From Rhizodiscina lignyota (Eukaryota): a stretch of DNA of 64,000 bases. Numbering within the stretch: the stretch's first letter is position 1; each line of letters begins with the position of its first letter. Made by a program: the position numbers and the translations under genes. The notes under the pieces were generated by a model that ran no database searches, was not told the origin of the DNA, and saw only the letters and a program-made list of their open reading frames with translations. The stretch lies in NCBI GenBank assembly GCA_010015805.1, contig ML978124.1, forward strand, positions 682,001 through 746,000, read 5' to 3'. Of this stretch, positions 1 to 12,584 are shown piece by piece.

Positions 1-1185
1 ACGAATCCAACGAAAGAGATTCTCGATAATGAGCTGAAAATCATCGCCGAGAGGGAAGGGATCACGAGCGTCAAGCTTTACATGACGTACGAACGAATGC
101 AGCTTACTGACCGAGAACTTCTGGATATCATGATGACTACACGAAGCCTCGGGATGACAACTATGGTACATTGCGAAAACAGTGGTCAGTGAATTTCCAA
201 GCTCATGCTGGGGCTATCATGGCTGGCATAATTGATCATTATACTCACGTGGCATTCAGATATGATTGCTCTCATCACTGAACGCCTTGAGGCGCGTGGG
301 CTGACAGATCCGTATTATCACGCTATTTCCCGTCCAATGATTGCAGAGAACGAGGCATCGTACCGTGCGATTGCTCTCGCAGAATTGGTCGATACTCCGA
401 TCCTTATCGTACACATGTCGTCCGAAGTCGCGTTAGCGACTGTCCGAGAAGCGCAGACACGAATGCTCCCCATCCATGCTGAGACATGTCCGCAATATCT
501 CTACCTCCTGAGTGAACGACTGAAAGGCGACAACTTTGAGGGCGCAAAGTGCGTCTGTTCTCCTCCGCTACGACACGAAAAGGCAGACCTCGACGCTCTA
601 TGGCAGAGCGTCGCCAATGGAACAATAACAACCTTCTCATCTGATCACGCACCAAGTAAATTTTACGTAGAAGGCGGCAAGCGCCTCGGTCTGATCGACG
701 GTATTCCTCGCTTCCGGGAAATCCCCAATGGCCTTCCGGGTGTTGAAACGCGTGTTCCTCTGCTATTTAGTTCGGCATATGGGCCAGATGCTCGTATCAG
801 TCTCCCACGATTCGTCCAGATTACTGCTACGAACCCGGCGAAACTATATGGCCTTGGAGCGCTGAAAGGCTCTATCGCTCCTGGATTCGATGCGGATCTT
901 GTCATTTGGTATCCTGATGATTACTTCATGGACGGCTTGGAAGTCAAACAGGACATGCTTCATCACAGTATAGACTACACCCCATATGAAGGGATGAAGC
1001 TCAAGAACTGGCCCCGGTACTCGCTTTTACGAGGTGAAGTAGTTTGGGACAGAGACAATGGCGGTGTAGTAGGCAAGATGGGGCAGGGAAACTTTGTCAA
1101 GAGAGCGAAAGGGGAGCTCGTTATGGGCAAGATGGGAAATCATGTTAAGGGCATGCTGTCGGAAGAACGACAGATGTGGGCATAG
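1..1185 (+). CDS. Dihydropyrimidinase / D-hydantoinase (amidohydrolase family), 5'-truncated by window edge; intron about 185-259
   Basis: Motifs KLYMTY, VHCEN, IVHMSS, HAETCPQY, CSPPLR, SSDHAP, PNGLPGVETR, TATNPAKLYG, DADLVIW, DYTPYEG. A GTCAGT...TTCAG intron joins the frames. Confidence 0.9.
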
Positions 1186-1239
1186 TTGGAAGTGTAATAA
1201 GTAGTGCCTCAAACGTGGATATTCCGATATATACAGCTT

Positions 1240-1480
1240 TAAGTTTGTTCGCACTGCTCCTCCGCCAGCAAGTCGAGCAGGATTGAACTGAAACGCCGCT
1301 CATCACCTTCAATCTGCGTAAAGGCCAGGTAGTAACGAAATAGCTGCGCCCGGTTAACTGAACGGCTGCAGCAAGAACAAGTTTTGTTCTTTAGTATGAG
1401 CGAGAGCTTCCTTAAAAGCTCCACTAGTATCGACCATATACACGGAAGCTGCTTGTCTTCCATAAAATGCGCTCCGGTGT
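1240..1480 (-). pseudogene. Possible decayed copy of the orphan family seen at 5.8, 31.3 and 57.4 kb
   Basis: Frameshifted fragments VYMVDTSGAFKEALAHTKEQNLFLLQ and RAQLFRYY resemble VYMDYDRFMNFNSWYAETRIKEFYIR and RPNSGLLRYF. The similarity is weak and judged by eye. Confidence 0.3.
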
Positions 1481-2049
1481 ATACTTAATCATCGACGATT
1501 ATTGATTGCTCATGTAAAGCGTGTATGTGATACCTTATAATAGCTACTGCTCGTCAAAGAGCCCCATCCTCATCGCCATTCACATCGGGTCCGACTCATC
1601 ATCCTTTTCCGCTTCGATGGCCGTCAGCTAGTGCTAGCAAATACCTCTGATATAAAGGGGGTTTGTCACTTAAGATACCTCATCGGGTAATGTGCATGTT
1701 GATGGAGAGGTGTTTAACATGCGGGAATATAGCGCCTCGTAGAGCCGACGCTGAAAGCTTGGGGGAGGAGAAAATACATACATAATGTGAAGTTAAAGAT
1801 GAGAAACAATTAAAGCTAGAAACCGAATTGAAAGAAAAAAGAGCCCTTAGATCAGAGCGTATAATGCACTTCATTCAGCGCTTGCTTGCACTAGCTAGTG
1901 GGCTGGGCGGACTTGTTTAGATAAATGGGATCTACCATTTCGACAACATGCAATTACAACTTCTCAGTAATTCTTCCCCTAAAAAAAATCATCTATGGTG
2001 CTTATAATATGTCTAGGAAATAGAGGAGTAATAGAAAAAAAATTTATAA

Positions 2050-2200
2050 AATAAAAAAACAAAAGAATAGATCCGATCCCCGCGGGGGTCGATCCTATTC
2101 CCCAGACCTGACAGCTCTGGCCGGTTGGCCACGGGAGGTGTGCAGGAGGAGCAAGTACAGCTCAGTTGAAGTCGAGGCTAACCCCTTGAGCCATACTGCC
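2050..2200 (-). ncRNA. tRNA-like / Pol III-type element 1
   Basis: On the minus strand: TATA-like element at about 2230, A-box TGGCTCAAGGGG (2193-2182) with D-arm-like GGCT/AGCC stem, B-box-like GGATCGACCCC (2095-2085) within a near-palindrome (2065-2100), then oligo-T. No canonical acceptor stem. Confidence 0.5.
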
Positions 2201-4930
2201 TTTTCGATAGGTAGTTAAAATTTGAATTTTGTATATATCTGTACCTACAATTTGCACACAACTTGAATTGCACTACACATTCAGCCCCCAAAATGGACGG
2301 CTAAAATAAATCCGAAATTAATTAATTCGAAATTAAACATATACCGAAGAAAACGCTCAAAACGCTTGAGGGTGCAGAACACGCAGAGACCAGCCCTCAG
2401 TCCTCTTTCACTCTTCTCAACAGAGCAAACAGCTGAACAGTTTCTCGATCGCAAGCGGCAAAATAATTATGTAGACGAAACACAAGGGGCCTTCAGTAGA
2501 TGATAGGCAACATCGATTCCATAGCATATTGTGAGAACCCCACAAAACATCAGCTGCATACTGATTCATCCCATGCCGTTTCTAGGCAATGTTTGTGGAA
2601 GGGCTTTTTATATTCTTTGGGAAATATAGTGTTATTAGCAGATGAATCTTACGATCGAGAGCGGTGAGGAGATATCTCCATCTAATTTCATCTGGCTCTT
2701 CCTTTATCTCAGCACTGGAAGAAAGGACTTTCCCGACTATACTTATCTCTGTTCTCATCTACCATCATCTTCAGCTCCTCTCTTCACGCCGGACTGAGTT
2801 CAATCGGTTACGTGCTCTACCTCACGATGGGCGCTCTTTCTGGCCCTCGAAGTGCTTTTCATAGTAAACAGATTTCTGCTACGACATCTACGACGATATA
2901 GGCATCTAGAAAAAGGTACATTGGCTTCATAAAAGCCGTCATCTATCTATGTCCTACTAATTGGGGTTGGGACGAAGTCGAGATCGGATGAAAGAACATC
3001 CGAGGATACGAATCGCCCGACCAGACTCCATCCATCATCATATCCTCTACCTATTCTAGTAAATTGTACAAGCTTCCAATAAGATGCTATTAATATCCAT
3101 TCTAAGGAGAGTTGAACTACTCTGCCCTTTCGCTTACACACTGCCCTCAAGCAGCCCAACTGCGTAAGAGACTCGAATTGCTCGCGAACCCAAAGATTCT
3201 TCATGAAGATTGCATCGAACGACGGTCGCTACGCATCCTTGATCCCTTAGCTTGTCAATCATTTGTCATGCTTCTGTACCGGCTGATTCCCATACCAAGC
3301 TCTCTCTAGATTCCTATCTATCGCTGAACATAAAGTCTTTCAACAGTCAATCTCCCTTGGACACTAAAATGACTGCGGTGACGTGATTCCCTACAAATTT
3401 ACCGTTGGCGCTTCTTTCACAGCTGCCTCTTTGTCCTAATGAGTCCTCTGCGACTGCCCTCATTGAACGCCAACTATTATTCGTTCAGGAAAGTTTATCT
3501 CAATCTCTCACTCTCAAAGCTCAGTTGACTTAACCATCCTCCTGCAGCTTCTCCGTGTCATGCTGGACTGTCTCCCCATCGGCAACGCCCTCCCTCTGTA
3601 CTTTCCTTGCGCTTTCCGCTGGTGCCTTCGTCAGCAATATGTTGCTTGCCAGCGGTCTCGCCTCTATCTGGTCTCTCAATATCAGCATATCCCGGAACGA
3701 GCTCTGCCTTTACTCCGCAGTCATTTGAACCATTCACTCGTCGTAGATCCGGGCGAGCGCATCTCATCTACCGACGATACAATAGCAGCCTTACATGGCG
3801 TCAGCGCGGATTATATTCTGACTGACCGCATCTCGCATGGCAACCACACGGCGAGGAAGACAGCTTAGCATCAGATACCAGCATCGCAGATCACGGTCTA
3901 GCTGATCGCACCTCACATACCAATCACATAGCGCAAGACCTTCCAGCGTCACTCACTGTCAATGCTGACTTGCCTCCGCTGGATCTATATCGCATGACAA
4001 CAATGCAGAGGAGGGGAATTATTATGAGTCTGTGGCAGCAGCCGCCTGAGGTCCATCAGAGACTTGAGAGTGGAAGTCCAATCAGCGGAATCGGCCGATT
4101 AGTGCCGATTGCAATTGTAAGGTATTCGTTAATCAATCAGACTAATTGAGCTGATTGATTATATGAGTATCTATGCAATCGGTCGAATTGTCAACTTTCG
4201 ATCAGTAGAGCGACTGGTGGCTGATCAATTAATTGGATTTCTAGAAACTCTGCGCTCTGGTTGATCGGGGTAGAGTGTTAGACTAGAATTTCTTAGGTTC
4301 TAACAAACCGGCTTTCACATGTAACGTACGTACGGCTAAACTTTTGTATAGGCCAGCTTGCTAAGCCGATTACAGTTGACGATTGGTGACTGATTATATT
4401 TTCCATTCAACTCAGTCCCGTCGATTGATTATCCAGCCACGGGCGAGTACGCATCCTCCTCCTTTCGGGAAAACAAGGTTTAGAGCTTTACTTTTAAAGC
4501 TTCTGCCCCCAATCAGATCCTGTCGATCAAACAAAGAATGGCCTGTGCAAAAAGACTCCAATCAGATCAGACCCGCTCACATATGATTGTTTATTACTGA
4601 TTTGTGCTGCAAGTTACGGTTGGCCAGATTCTGGGTTCGCATTTGCCTTCAACATGCTAATTCATGCCGCAACAGATTTTCCCAAGTCCGTACACACGGT
4701 ACGAACGGACTTTGATCACTCTTCCACATCCCCTCCATGCATGCGCGCAGTCTGCTTTTCGACTTGGGCATTCTAGCTCTATCGTACCTTCGTGCTACAC
4801 ATGCTCTGCAGTAAGTACGATGTTTACGGTAATGTATAAAATCTTCACAAGTATGCGGAAGGGCGAAGAGCGGCCTCCGCGTATGATTGAATGGAACCTC
4901 TGGGAGCGGTTGGGTGAGGCCAAACCATTC

Positions 4931-5060
4931 GACTCAGAAATTTGAACAGCAAGTGTTAAGGGCAAATGGATCATTCACAGAACTACGGACTTCTCCGGCC
5001 GACTCAGAAATTTCAACAGCAAGTGTTAAGGGCAAATGGATCATTCACAGAACTACGGAT
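4931..5060 (+). repeat. Tandem duplication, 70-bp period, upstream of the zinc-knuckle gene
   Basis: GACTCAGAAATTT(G/C)AACAGCAAGTGTTAAGGGCAAATGGATCATTCACAGAACTACGGA at 4931 and 5001. Confidence 0.95.
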
Positions 5061-5154
5061 TTCTCCGCCTTCCGCTAAGGCTGCCGTGGCTATAAAACAT
5101 CAGCTCCACAGCTCCATCCTTCTTCTTCTTTCCTCACCCAGAACACCAGCCGCC

Positions 5155-6518
5155 ATGGCGTCCACCAATACTCAGTGTTGGGATTGCCACGGGCTAGGAC
5201 ATAACAAGAGAAGATGCCCCTTAAAGGTCCTCAGGATCGTCAATCGGAGCCATAACATTGTCGTCCATGGAACCATTTTCCGGTGTCACCTTTGCGGCAC
5301 ACCAGGACACTTCAAAGACGACTGCAGACACCTGGTCAGGCCGCTGCTGCCTCCACCTCCTCCTCCCAACCGTCAGTGCCGGCTTTGCGGCCAGCAAGGA
5401 CATCCAAAATGGGCCTGCCCACAAAGATGGTCTTGGCCTAAATTCAACACTGCAATGAGAGACGCTTCGTACTTGCTGAAAGAGAACACGGACGCGCGCA
5501 CCCCTTACGTCCCCTTGGTCGAGAAGCAGCGGGCTCTCTTGGTACAACAGACCTACAGAGTCCTGAATCGTCTTAACAACTCCCCGCCGACAGCGCAAGA
5601 TATCGCCCAGGTGATGCAGAACTCGACAGACCCTGAGTACGAAGTGCTCAGGATGATGGATGCGGCAATACATAGCCAGAGCCTGCAGGAGCGGCAACTG
5701 ATAGCAGCCGCAATCTTCTACAGCAATGTGACACTCCACAGGAGCTTCATAGAGTCACTCCACGGCCGGTAAGTCATATCCTTTCTAGATCCCATATAAG
5801 TCCTGCGCGATCTATAACAACTAGCTCCCAGACCTATATTGACCCCAACTTGGCCGATGACAACTTGCGGGAAGCCCTCAAGGAGTACAGCTCTATCGGC
5901 GCCGCCAGGCAAGACTGGCAACTGCCACATCCACAGCCACTCTGGATCACCCGTGTCATCGTCTTCCACGGCTGGGACGAAGCATTCAACTTCTCCGCGG
6001 ACCACGTCATCTCGAGGTACCGATACTTTCTCTGCTCCGCCATCCAGGCAGTCGGCCGGCCAGAATGGAAGCTCGAGATACAGACAGCCTACATCGAGGG
6101 GTGCCGTGTCACCGTCGACGGCAATGACAGTAAGCCTACGAGGCTCTCCCGGGAGAAGTGTGTCTCGCTGTGGTGGCGCCGCCGCAGCGGCAACCCTGCG
6201 GACCTCCTGTTCTTCCCGCCCATGCTTGCCGCCGCGCAAGCAGACGCGTACCTGAAGGCGGAGGCCGCAGCGATGCAGCTGCAGCGCGTGCTGCCACGCG
6301 TGCTGGAGGGGGAGAAGTGGGGTCAGGTGGTGCTGGAGGGGGAGGACAACTTCCGGGAGATCTTTGAGTATGAGGAAATACTCAACAGGCGAATCCAGGA
6401 GATGGAGGTGTCGGCGGTGGGTGAGCCGGGGGTGCAGCTTTGCGCTGCCTTTGCGGAGCTTAAGGCGAGAATTCGGTGCCAGCCGATGGACCAGATGACG
6501 AAGCTTTTCTGGATTTGA
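5155..6518 (+). CDS. Orphan-family member A: three CCHC zinc knuckles fused to an uncharacterised domain; exons 5155-5768 and 5825-6518
   Basis: CWDCHGLGHNKRRC, CHLCGTPGHFKDDC, CRLCGQQGHPKWAC. A GTAAGT...CTAG phase-2 intron joins ORF 4966-5772 in frame to ORF 5850-6518. Confidence 0.75.
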
Positions 6519-6619
6519 ATGAGGAGTTGAGGGAACCGGCGGTGCACACTTGCACAGAGATATCTGGGTTTGAATGAGGAGTTGCAGGGACCAGCGGTGC
6601 ACACTTGCACAGGTATATC
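6508..6619 (+). repeat. Tandem duplication, 55-bp period, spanning the stop codon and 3' end of the zinc-knuckle gene
   Basis: TCTGG.TTTGAATGAGGAGTTG...GCGGTGCACACTTGCACAG..ATATCT occurs twice (6508, 6563). Confidence 0.9.
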
Positions 6620-6811
6620 TTAACGTCAAAACATTGTTTACCATCTCGTCCAATTGTGCTTTGAGCTTCTGCGTTGCCCCAGTGACATAGGACTTGCCTC
6701 AATATCACCACTCTTGTGCTCGATTTGGTCACTCTTACAAGGTAGGATCGGCCTATTCTCTAACTTATTGCATTGTTTGGCTGGTATTCACTATCCCATC
6801 CACCTCAAATC

Positions 6812-9436
6812 CTACATCACACCCTCCTGGAATCGCTCCACGCCCTTCTTAATCTCCCTTATAATCTCATTCGCCTCCGGCTGGCTCCTCGCCTCAAAGT
6901 CATACCGCTTCGTCTCCTTCTCCTTATATACATGCACCGAGAGCATGCGCGGGTGCCTCCGCGACACCTTGCAACCCACCACGCTACTGTAGTGCACCGT
7001 CGTCGTCTTACCAGGCGCCTCCAACAATCCCTTTCCGCCGGCACCATGGCCCTCCTGCGAGGGCATGATGTGAAGATACTCGCCGTCGAGAGCGAGCACG
7101 CGCGACGACGAAGATGAGAAGGACATCGGCTGCTTGCGAATGACGTTGAAGCGCTTGTAATTGTTGGCGGTAAGGAATGCATCGTTCCGCGCTGCGAGAG
7201 GATGCAGCGGTGTTGGGCCGACAATGACCTGCTTTCCACTTTTGGTCTTCTTCGTCGTCGTGCCACCGGGGGTGATGAGTAGTGGCGCATTGGGGCTGCC
7301 ACTTGCGGGACTGCCGGCCAACCCGATGCCCGCGACGCCATCTGCACCCATGAAACGCCGGCGCACGAGGTCGAGCTCGGAGCGGTCGCCGAGAGCTTCG
7401 ATGGTGCGGTCCGTTGGTGCGACGGTGGAGGAGCCGTGGACCTTGAGGACATAGATGGCTTTGTCTACGTTCAGCTTCTTACACACTTGGTCGAAGACTT
7501 CGGCAATATAGGTATCGGTGGTGACTTCAATTGCCGTAGTGCGTGTGAGGAAGTTGTCGTCAGTGAAGTGGATGGTTATGGTCTTTGGTGGACCGGTACG
7601 TGGGACTGCATGAGAGACTGGGCCGGCTGGAGCATCGAGAAGGTTGCTGCTGTCTTTGCGAGTAGTTGCAGTGAATATTGGACCCATGATGGGATTGCGA
7701 GGCGCAGGCGTTGGAATAGGTGATGGATGCTCTGATTTGATCTGTATATTGGGAGCAGCAGCAGCAACTTCTGAGGCTTCTTGTGCAGCTTTAGCTTCTT
7801 GGCTGTATTTCGGCGTTTGCCTTTCATTGTCTTGGAATTCTCGTTCCGATGCTTCGACAAGTGCAAACTCATCCCACGGCTTGTCGCGAGCGCGACCTCT
7901 CTGTGGCCGGTTGTTGTTCGATGTGAAGTCTGTCATTGGCTTTGTACGCGTGATTGCCGAGAAATCGTATTCGACTTCTTCATCCTCGACCATGCGGAAA
8001 TTCCAGCAGTTGATATTCATTTTTGATCCCTCGATGGGAGGCTCGAGGTTTTCTTCACCATAGCGATAGAGCGCCAATCCGATAGCCTCGGCCACGGTGA
8101 CAGGATTGCCACTATCCGTGGTCCTACGGATTAGGAGTTCAGAGACCTTGATGCTCTTGCAGTGCGGCAAATAGAGCTTGATGTAAAGCGGATTTGGATC
8201 GCCCTTGCCTGACAAAGTCGCAAATTGCTCAAATGGGCTCTCTGGTTTCTTGTTTTTAACCTTGAGAGCCATTGATAGGAGACTTGAAGGTTGAATGATG
8301 CTGATGGGCCTTGGCGGTGGCAAGGCTTGAAGGACAGGAGGTGGTTGCTTCGATTTCCGCGGTGAGTTGTCACGCGGCGTGCCGCCTGGTAATGGTGGTA
8401 ATTGTGGTAACCTAGTTTCTAATGGTGAAGTAAGATCATCGCCAACTTCTCCAAGGATTGATGTCGAATCTGCGGTACCGCTGAACTCGGACGTAATACT
8501 GCTATCATCAGAGTCTACCCCAGCATCCTCTCCATCTTCGTGGCCAGGCTCATCATCCTCGCGCTCGGCTTCTTGTATACGCAATGTCAGCATCTTGCTT
8601 GCGTTCGCAGCACGCTGTCCATTGATCGTACGCTTCCGGAACAATGACTGTTCGATTTCATTTTCTGAAGAGAGTTCGCTACTGGTTGTTGTGTCTCGCC
8701 TGGGTCGTCCCTTGATCGTCTCAACCGTAGATATGGAGTCTCCTCTCTTCAAGTGATCGTTATCCGGGGGTTTCGAAGGCGAGGTGACCATCACAGATGG
8801 TCCATTTTTCTTCACATTTGACTCCTGAAGCGGTGAGGAGCCTGCTCTACTCCGCAGCGGCATCTTCGTGAACTTGAGCTGCTGCACCGCACTGTTCTTG
8901 GTTAGTATCTTCTAGACTTGTCCGTAGGACTGTCCAACTCACGTTGGCTCATCCGCCTCATCACTCTCATCACTCAGATCGCTGCTATCTTCATCCTCCA
9001 TCTCTCTCTCCCTTCTTCGTCGCCTCCTGACATCTCTTGTTGGCCCTACGGTGTCATTGCTTCCTCCGCCTCCCGTTACCATGCCACCTTCCTCTTCATC
9101 ATCCCCAAATCCAGATGGAGCGTCTAACTCAGCGGGGGCCGGTGCACGGAAGTACTCTGAAGTGACTACCGTCGGTATTGGTGGACTATACGTGCGCTTG
9201 ATCTCTGAAGCGTTCGGAGCCCAGCCAGCGGCACGGAATGCAGGGTCATTGAGGACAGAGGTATTGACGGTAATGAGGCGTTCGGGGTAGGCATCGCGGT
9301 TATGAGTGAGGAAAGCAGTTCGAAGTTGATAGATCACGAATCTAGCATATGTCAGTATACAAGACGATTGCTTGGATCCATAAATGAAGCAATGAGCTCA
9401 GGAGGGAACGCACTCGTCATTTTGCAGGAGTGACAT
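6812..9436 (-). CDS. sin1: TORC2 subunit Sin1/Avo1 (SAPK-interacting protein 1), multi-exon
   Basis: N-terminal MSLLQNDE / IYQLRTAFL / AAGW..IKRTYSPPIPT; CRIM-like TVAEAIGLALYRY..WNFRMVEDEEVEYDF; C-terminal PH-like RKQPMSF..LALDGEYLHIMP..KETKRYDFEA. Confidence 0.9.
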
Positions 9437-9712
9437 CTTCAGTTCTGAAGGAGAATCGGTGTCTGCGTTGAATTCATGATATTGCAGTAGATATGGAGGG
9501 GGATTGCATGGGTTCCACGAGGTCGTAGCGTGGGGTGGACTGTTGGTCTGACGTTGCGCGTGCAAGCTCCGGGGTTGGGGTTCAGCCCTACCGACGCCAC
9601 GACTAACGCGGAATATTTCCAGAAGCTTGTCGATTTCAGCACCATTGACCTTTAACTCACACCTTCGATTCAGCTTCCGACTCACTTTCAATTCGAATCA
9701 CAAATCGCAACC

Positions 9713-10873
9713 ATGAATCTAGTAGCCTATTCCGACAGCGAAGATTCTGACGCCGAACCCTCGAAGCCTACTCCTGCACCCGCTCCAGCTGCCAAACCCG
9801 CGCCGAAAGCTTCAGCACAGAAGATTGTCGACCGCGCCAATCCGGGTAAGATTCGCGTCAACCTACCTACCGCGACCGCGTCCGAAGATAGCAAGGACAA
9901 TGTCAGCGGCGATGCGCCACCCGCAAAGCGCGCCAGGACTGGTGGCGCGTTCGGGGGATTCAACGCGATGCTGCCCGCACCCAAAAAGACAGCAGAGTCT
10001 GCAAAAGGATCCGGTGGAGGTGTGAACAGAGGCTTAGGAAGGGGTGTCCATTTCAAAACTTCTGCACAAGCAGCTTTCAGCCGCGAGCCTGTTGAATTCA
10101 CACCAGTCGACAGGTCGGAGCCCGAGGGTGGGATGGGCAATGGAGATGGAGTCAAGGGGTTCCCACAAGAGAAGAAGGAAGAGGAGGTGAAACTCATTGG
10201 CAAGCCGACGGTGTTCAAGCCACTATCGGTGGTGAACAAGCAGAAGAAAAAGAAGAGGACTGCTGCGGAGGTGGCTGCGGACACTACAAATTCCATGAAG
10301 CCTTCGTCTACTACCGCAGACAAAAAGTCGTCGACTACTGCACAACCGCCTGCTCCAGCTCCCAAGCCGAAAGTATCGCTGTTTTCTCTTCAGCAAGATG
10401 ATGGCCCAATTGTATTGCCACCTGAGCCACAAGAGGCAGACGCCGTCGACGAGGCAGCTGATGATCCATCTCCAGACGATGGCACAACCACTCAGTCACT
10501 CCAATATCCGGTTAGCGCCGATACTAATGCGCCGAGCAACTCACTGAATGTCATCGCCGCCGATATGAAACTAACTGCAGCCGAACGCCGACAACTATTC
10601 GGCCGCAATGCATCGAAAAATGCGCCCGAGGCTGTCAACGTGGTCAACTTCAACACCGACGCGGAGTATGCCGCGAATGAAGCAGCACGTGCATCTGGTG
10701 AACTGGCGGCACAAGCGCAGCAGAACATGGGAGTTAGGGCAATTGCGCCAGGCAAGCACAGCTTGAAGCAGCTGATGAATGCGGCGACGAGCCAGAAGGA
10801 TGTGCTAGAAGATAGCTTCGCACAAGGGAAGAGGAACAAGAAGGAGGCAGGGAATAAGTATGGATGGTCTTGA
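9713..10873 (+). CDS. PRCC-like protein (mitotic checkpoint regulator, MAD2B-interacting family)
   Basis: MNLVAYSDSEDSD start; MLPAPK; C-terminal GKHSLKQL...LEDSFAQGKRNKKEAGNKYGW typical of the PRCC C-terminus. Confidence 0.8.
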   Translation: MNLVAYSDSEDSDAEPSKPTPAPAPAAKPAPKASAQKIVDRANPGKIRVNLPTATASEDSKDNVSGDAPPAKRARTGGAFGGFNAMLPAPKKTAESAKGSGGGVNRGLGRGVHFKTSAQAAFSREPVEFTPVDRSEPEGGMGNGDGVKGFPQEKKEEEVKLIGKPTVFKPLSVVNKQKKKKRTAAEVAADTTNSMKPSSTTADKKSSTTAQPPAPAPKPKVSLFSLQQDDGPIVLPPEPQEADAVDEAADDPSPDDGTTTQSLQYPVSADTNAPSNSLNVIAADMKLTAAERRQLFGRNASKNAPEAVNVVNFNTDAEYAANEAARASGELAAQAQQNMGVRAIAPGKHSLKQLMNAATSQKDVLEDSFAQGKRNKKEAGNKYGWS

Positions 10874-11721
10874 TTCTGGTTCGGTTATGAGCTACAGGTG
10901 TTTATCCATAAACACACTTTCCACCATCTGCTACCAAGGAGCTGGCCGCAGGCCATCAAGCAGTACATGCACTTTCATCGACAGTTGAGAATGGGACAGG
11001 CCCCCACAATGATAGCAACTGAAGGATTTGGAACAAGTCTGCCCATGTATTGAGGAGGAAATGGCGATGTTGTCAGATTAGATCAAGTAATTTGCCCAGC
11101 ATCAGCTCCGTAGGCACCGAAGGATACCAAATTCATAACGCACAGATGCAGAGCAGAGGGTTTCGAGCTTCAGTGTCCTCCGGTAGTTCTGCCAAATGGA
11201 GCTTATGGCGTTGTCCATCATCATCCAACATGCTAGTGGGAGAAGAGGACGTGAGCCGGGACGTCGAAATAAGGCCTTCAGCGCTAGCGCGTGCGCGATG
11301 GCGGCTGCGCTTAGGGTAGCGGCGATCGGGCTTGGGCCCCTGGGCCGTTGGGTGACGCGAGCATTTAAAGTGTCCACATTTCGCCTCCAGACCACCACGC
11401 GCGCACGCCAAGCCCTCATGCAATTTCCGCCACTGCTTCGCCATCTCAGCGCCGCACGTGACGACATCGCCGCCCAATACGGACAAAGACTGGACACGCA
11501 CACGGCAGCTGGATAAATATTGTCGGAATTATTTGTCTGCCCCTCTGACATCCACGCTCCTGTCTTTGTGCGCCAATCAGACACTGCGCACTGTGCACGC
11601 GCAGCGAGCGTCGTCACCGGCATTCCCACGTTGCAAGCTTACCGCGGTCGAAAAGCAAACACCGCAGTTTTCCCGATCATACCGCGGACGGACGTTAATT
11701 TCCAAATCCATCGCCGCGCAT

Positions 11722-12584
11722 ATGGACGACGCATCCTACGCGCCCCAGTCGCCCGACCTCACCTCCTACTACGCCGACGAGCCAGAGCCCATCCACCCTC
11801 AGCATCAGCAATATCGCGGGTCCATCTCCATCACAACTCCCTTCACCCCCACCGACGCCACCAGCCCTTTCTCGCAGCCAAAATTCGGCCAGGGCTATTT
11901 TTCTCAGCCACTTCCACAGCAGCGGCAACCTCAAACACCGTTTGGGGCAGCAGCGACCGGCGCGCCAATTTTCAAGCAGAACATCTTTCCCAAGAGGGAG
12001 AGCAACGGGGCAGGTGAGGAGGAGTGGGATCCAATGGCACCCTCGACGCGAAGAAAAATCAAGGGCGAAGTGAAGGATGAGGGAGATCTCACTGAAGGAG
12101 TAGGCAATGGACACGCACCCATCGATGTGAAGACAAAATTCCCCGTCGCTAGAATAAAGAGGATAATGCAGAGCGACGAGGATGTGGGAAAGGTCGCGCA
12201 AGTTACACCTGTTGTTGTCTGTAAGTCTTGGGCTTTCTTTTCTGCACCGTTCACTTTTAAAAAAAGTGTTTCACGACAATGCTAATCTCACGTATAGCAA
12301 AAGCACTGGAGCTCTTCATGATCGACCTCGTCACGTCCGCCGCCACAGAGGCAAAGGGTCGAGGCTCAAAACGCGTCACTGCCGCGCATCTCAAGCAGGT
12401 AGTTATGACGAATGAGAAGTACAGAGACTGGCTCGGCGACACGGTTAGCAAAGTTCCAGATGCACCAACTACAAGCGGAGGAGGCAAGGCGGCGAAGGAT
12501 GAGGATAGTGACGAGTGGGGAGACGGCGCTACTGCAAAGAAGAAGCGCGGTGGAGGCAGGCGGAAAAAGAGAGAAGACTCGTAG
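11722..12584 (+). CDS. bur6: Negative cofactor 2 alpha subunit (Bur6/DRAP1 histone fold); intron about 12221-12297
   Basis: [42 protein letters not shown]...[10 protein letters not shown]. Confidence 0.88.

Noticed and set aside
2660..3900. Short broken ORFs, possibly a gene relic
   Set aside because: No recognisable motif in any frame.
5155..5460. CCHC knuckles as gag of an intact LTR retrotransposon
   Set aside because: No protease, RT, integrase or LTR pair is visible, and the gene has a spliceosomal intron.
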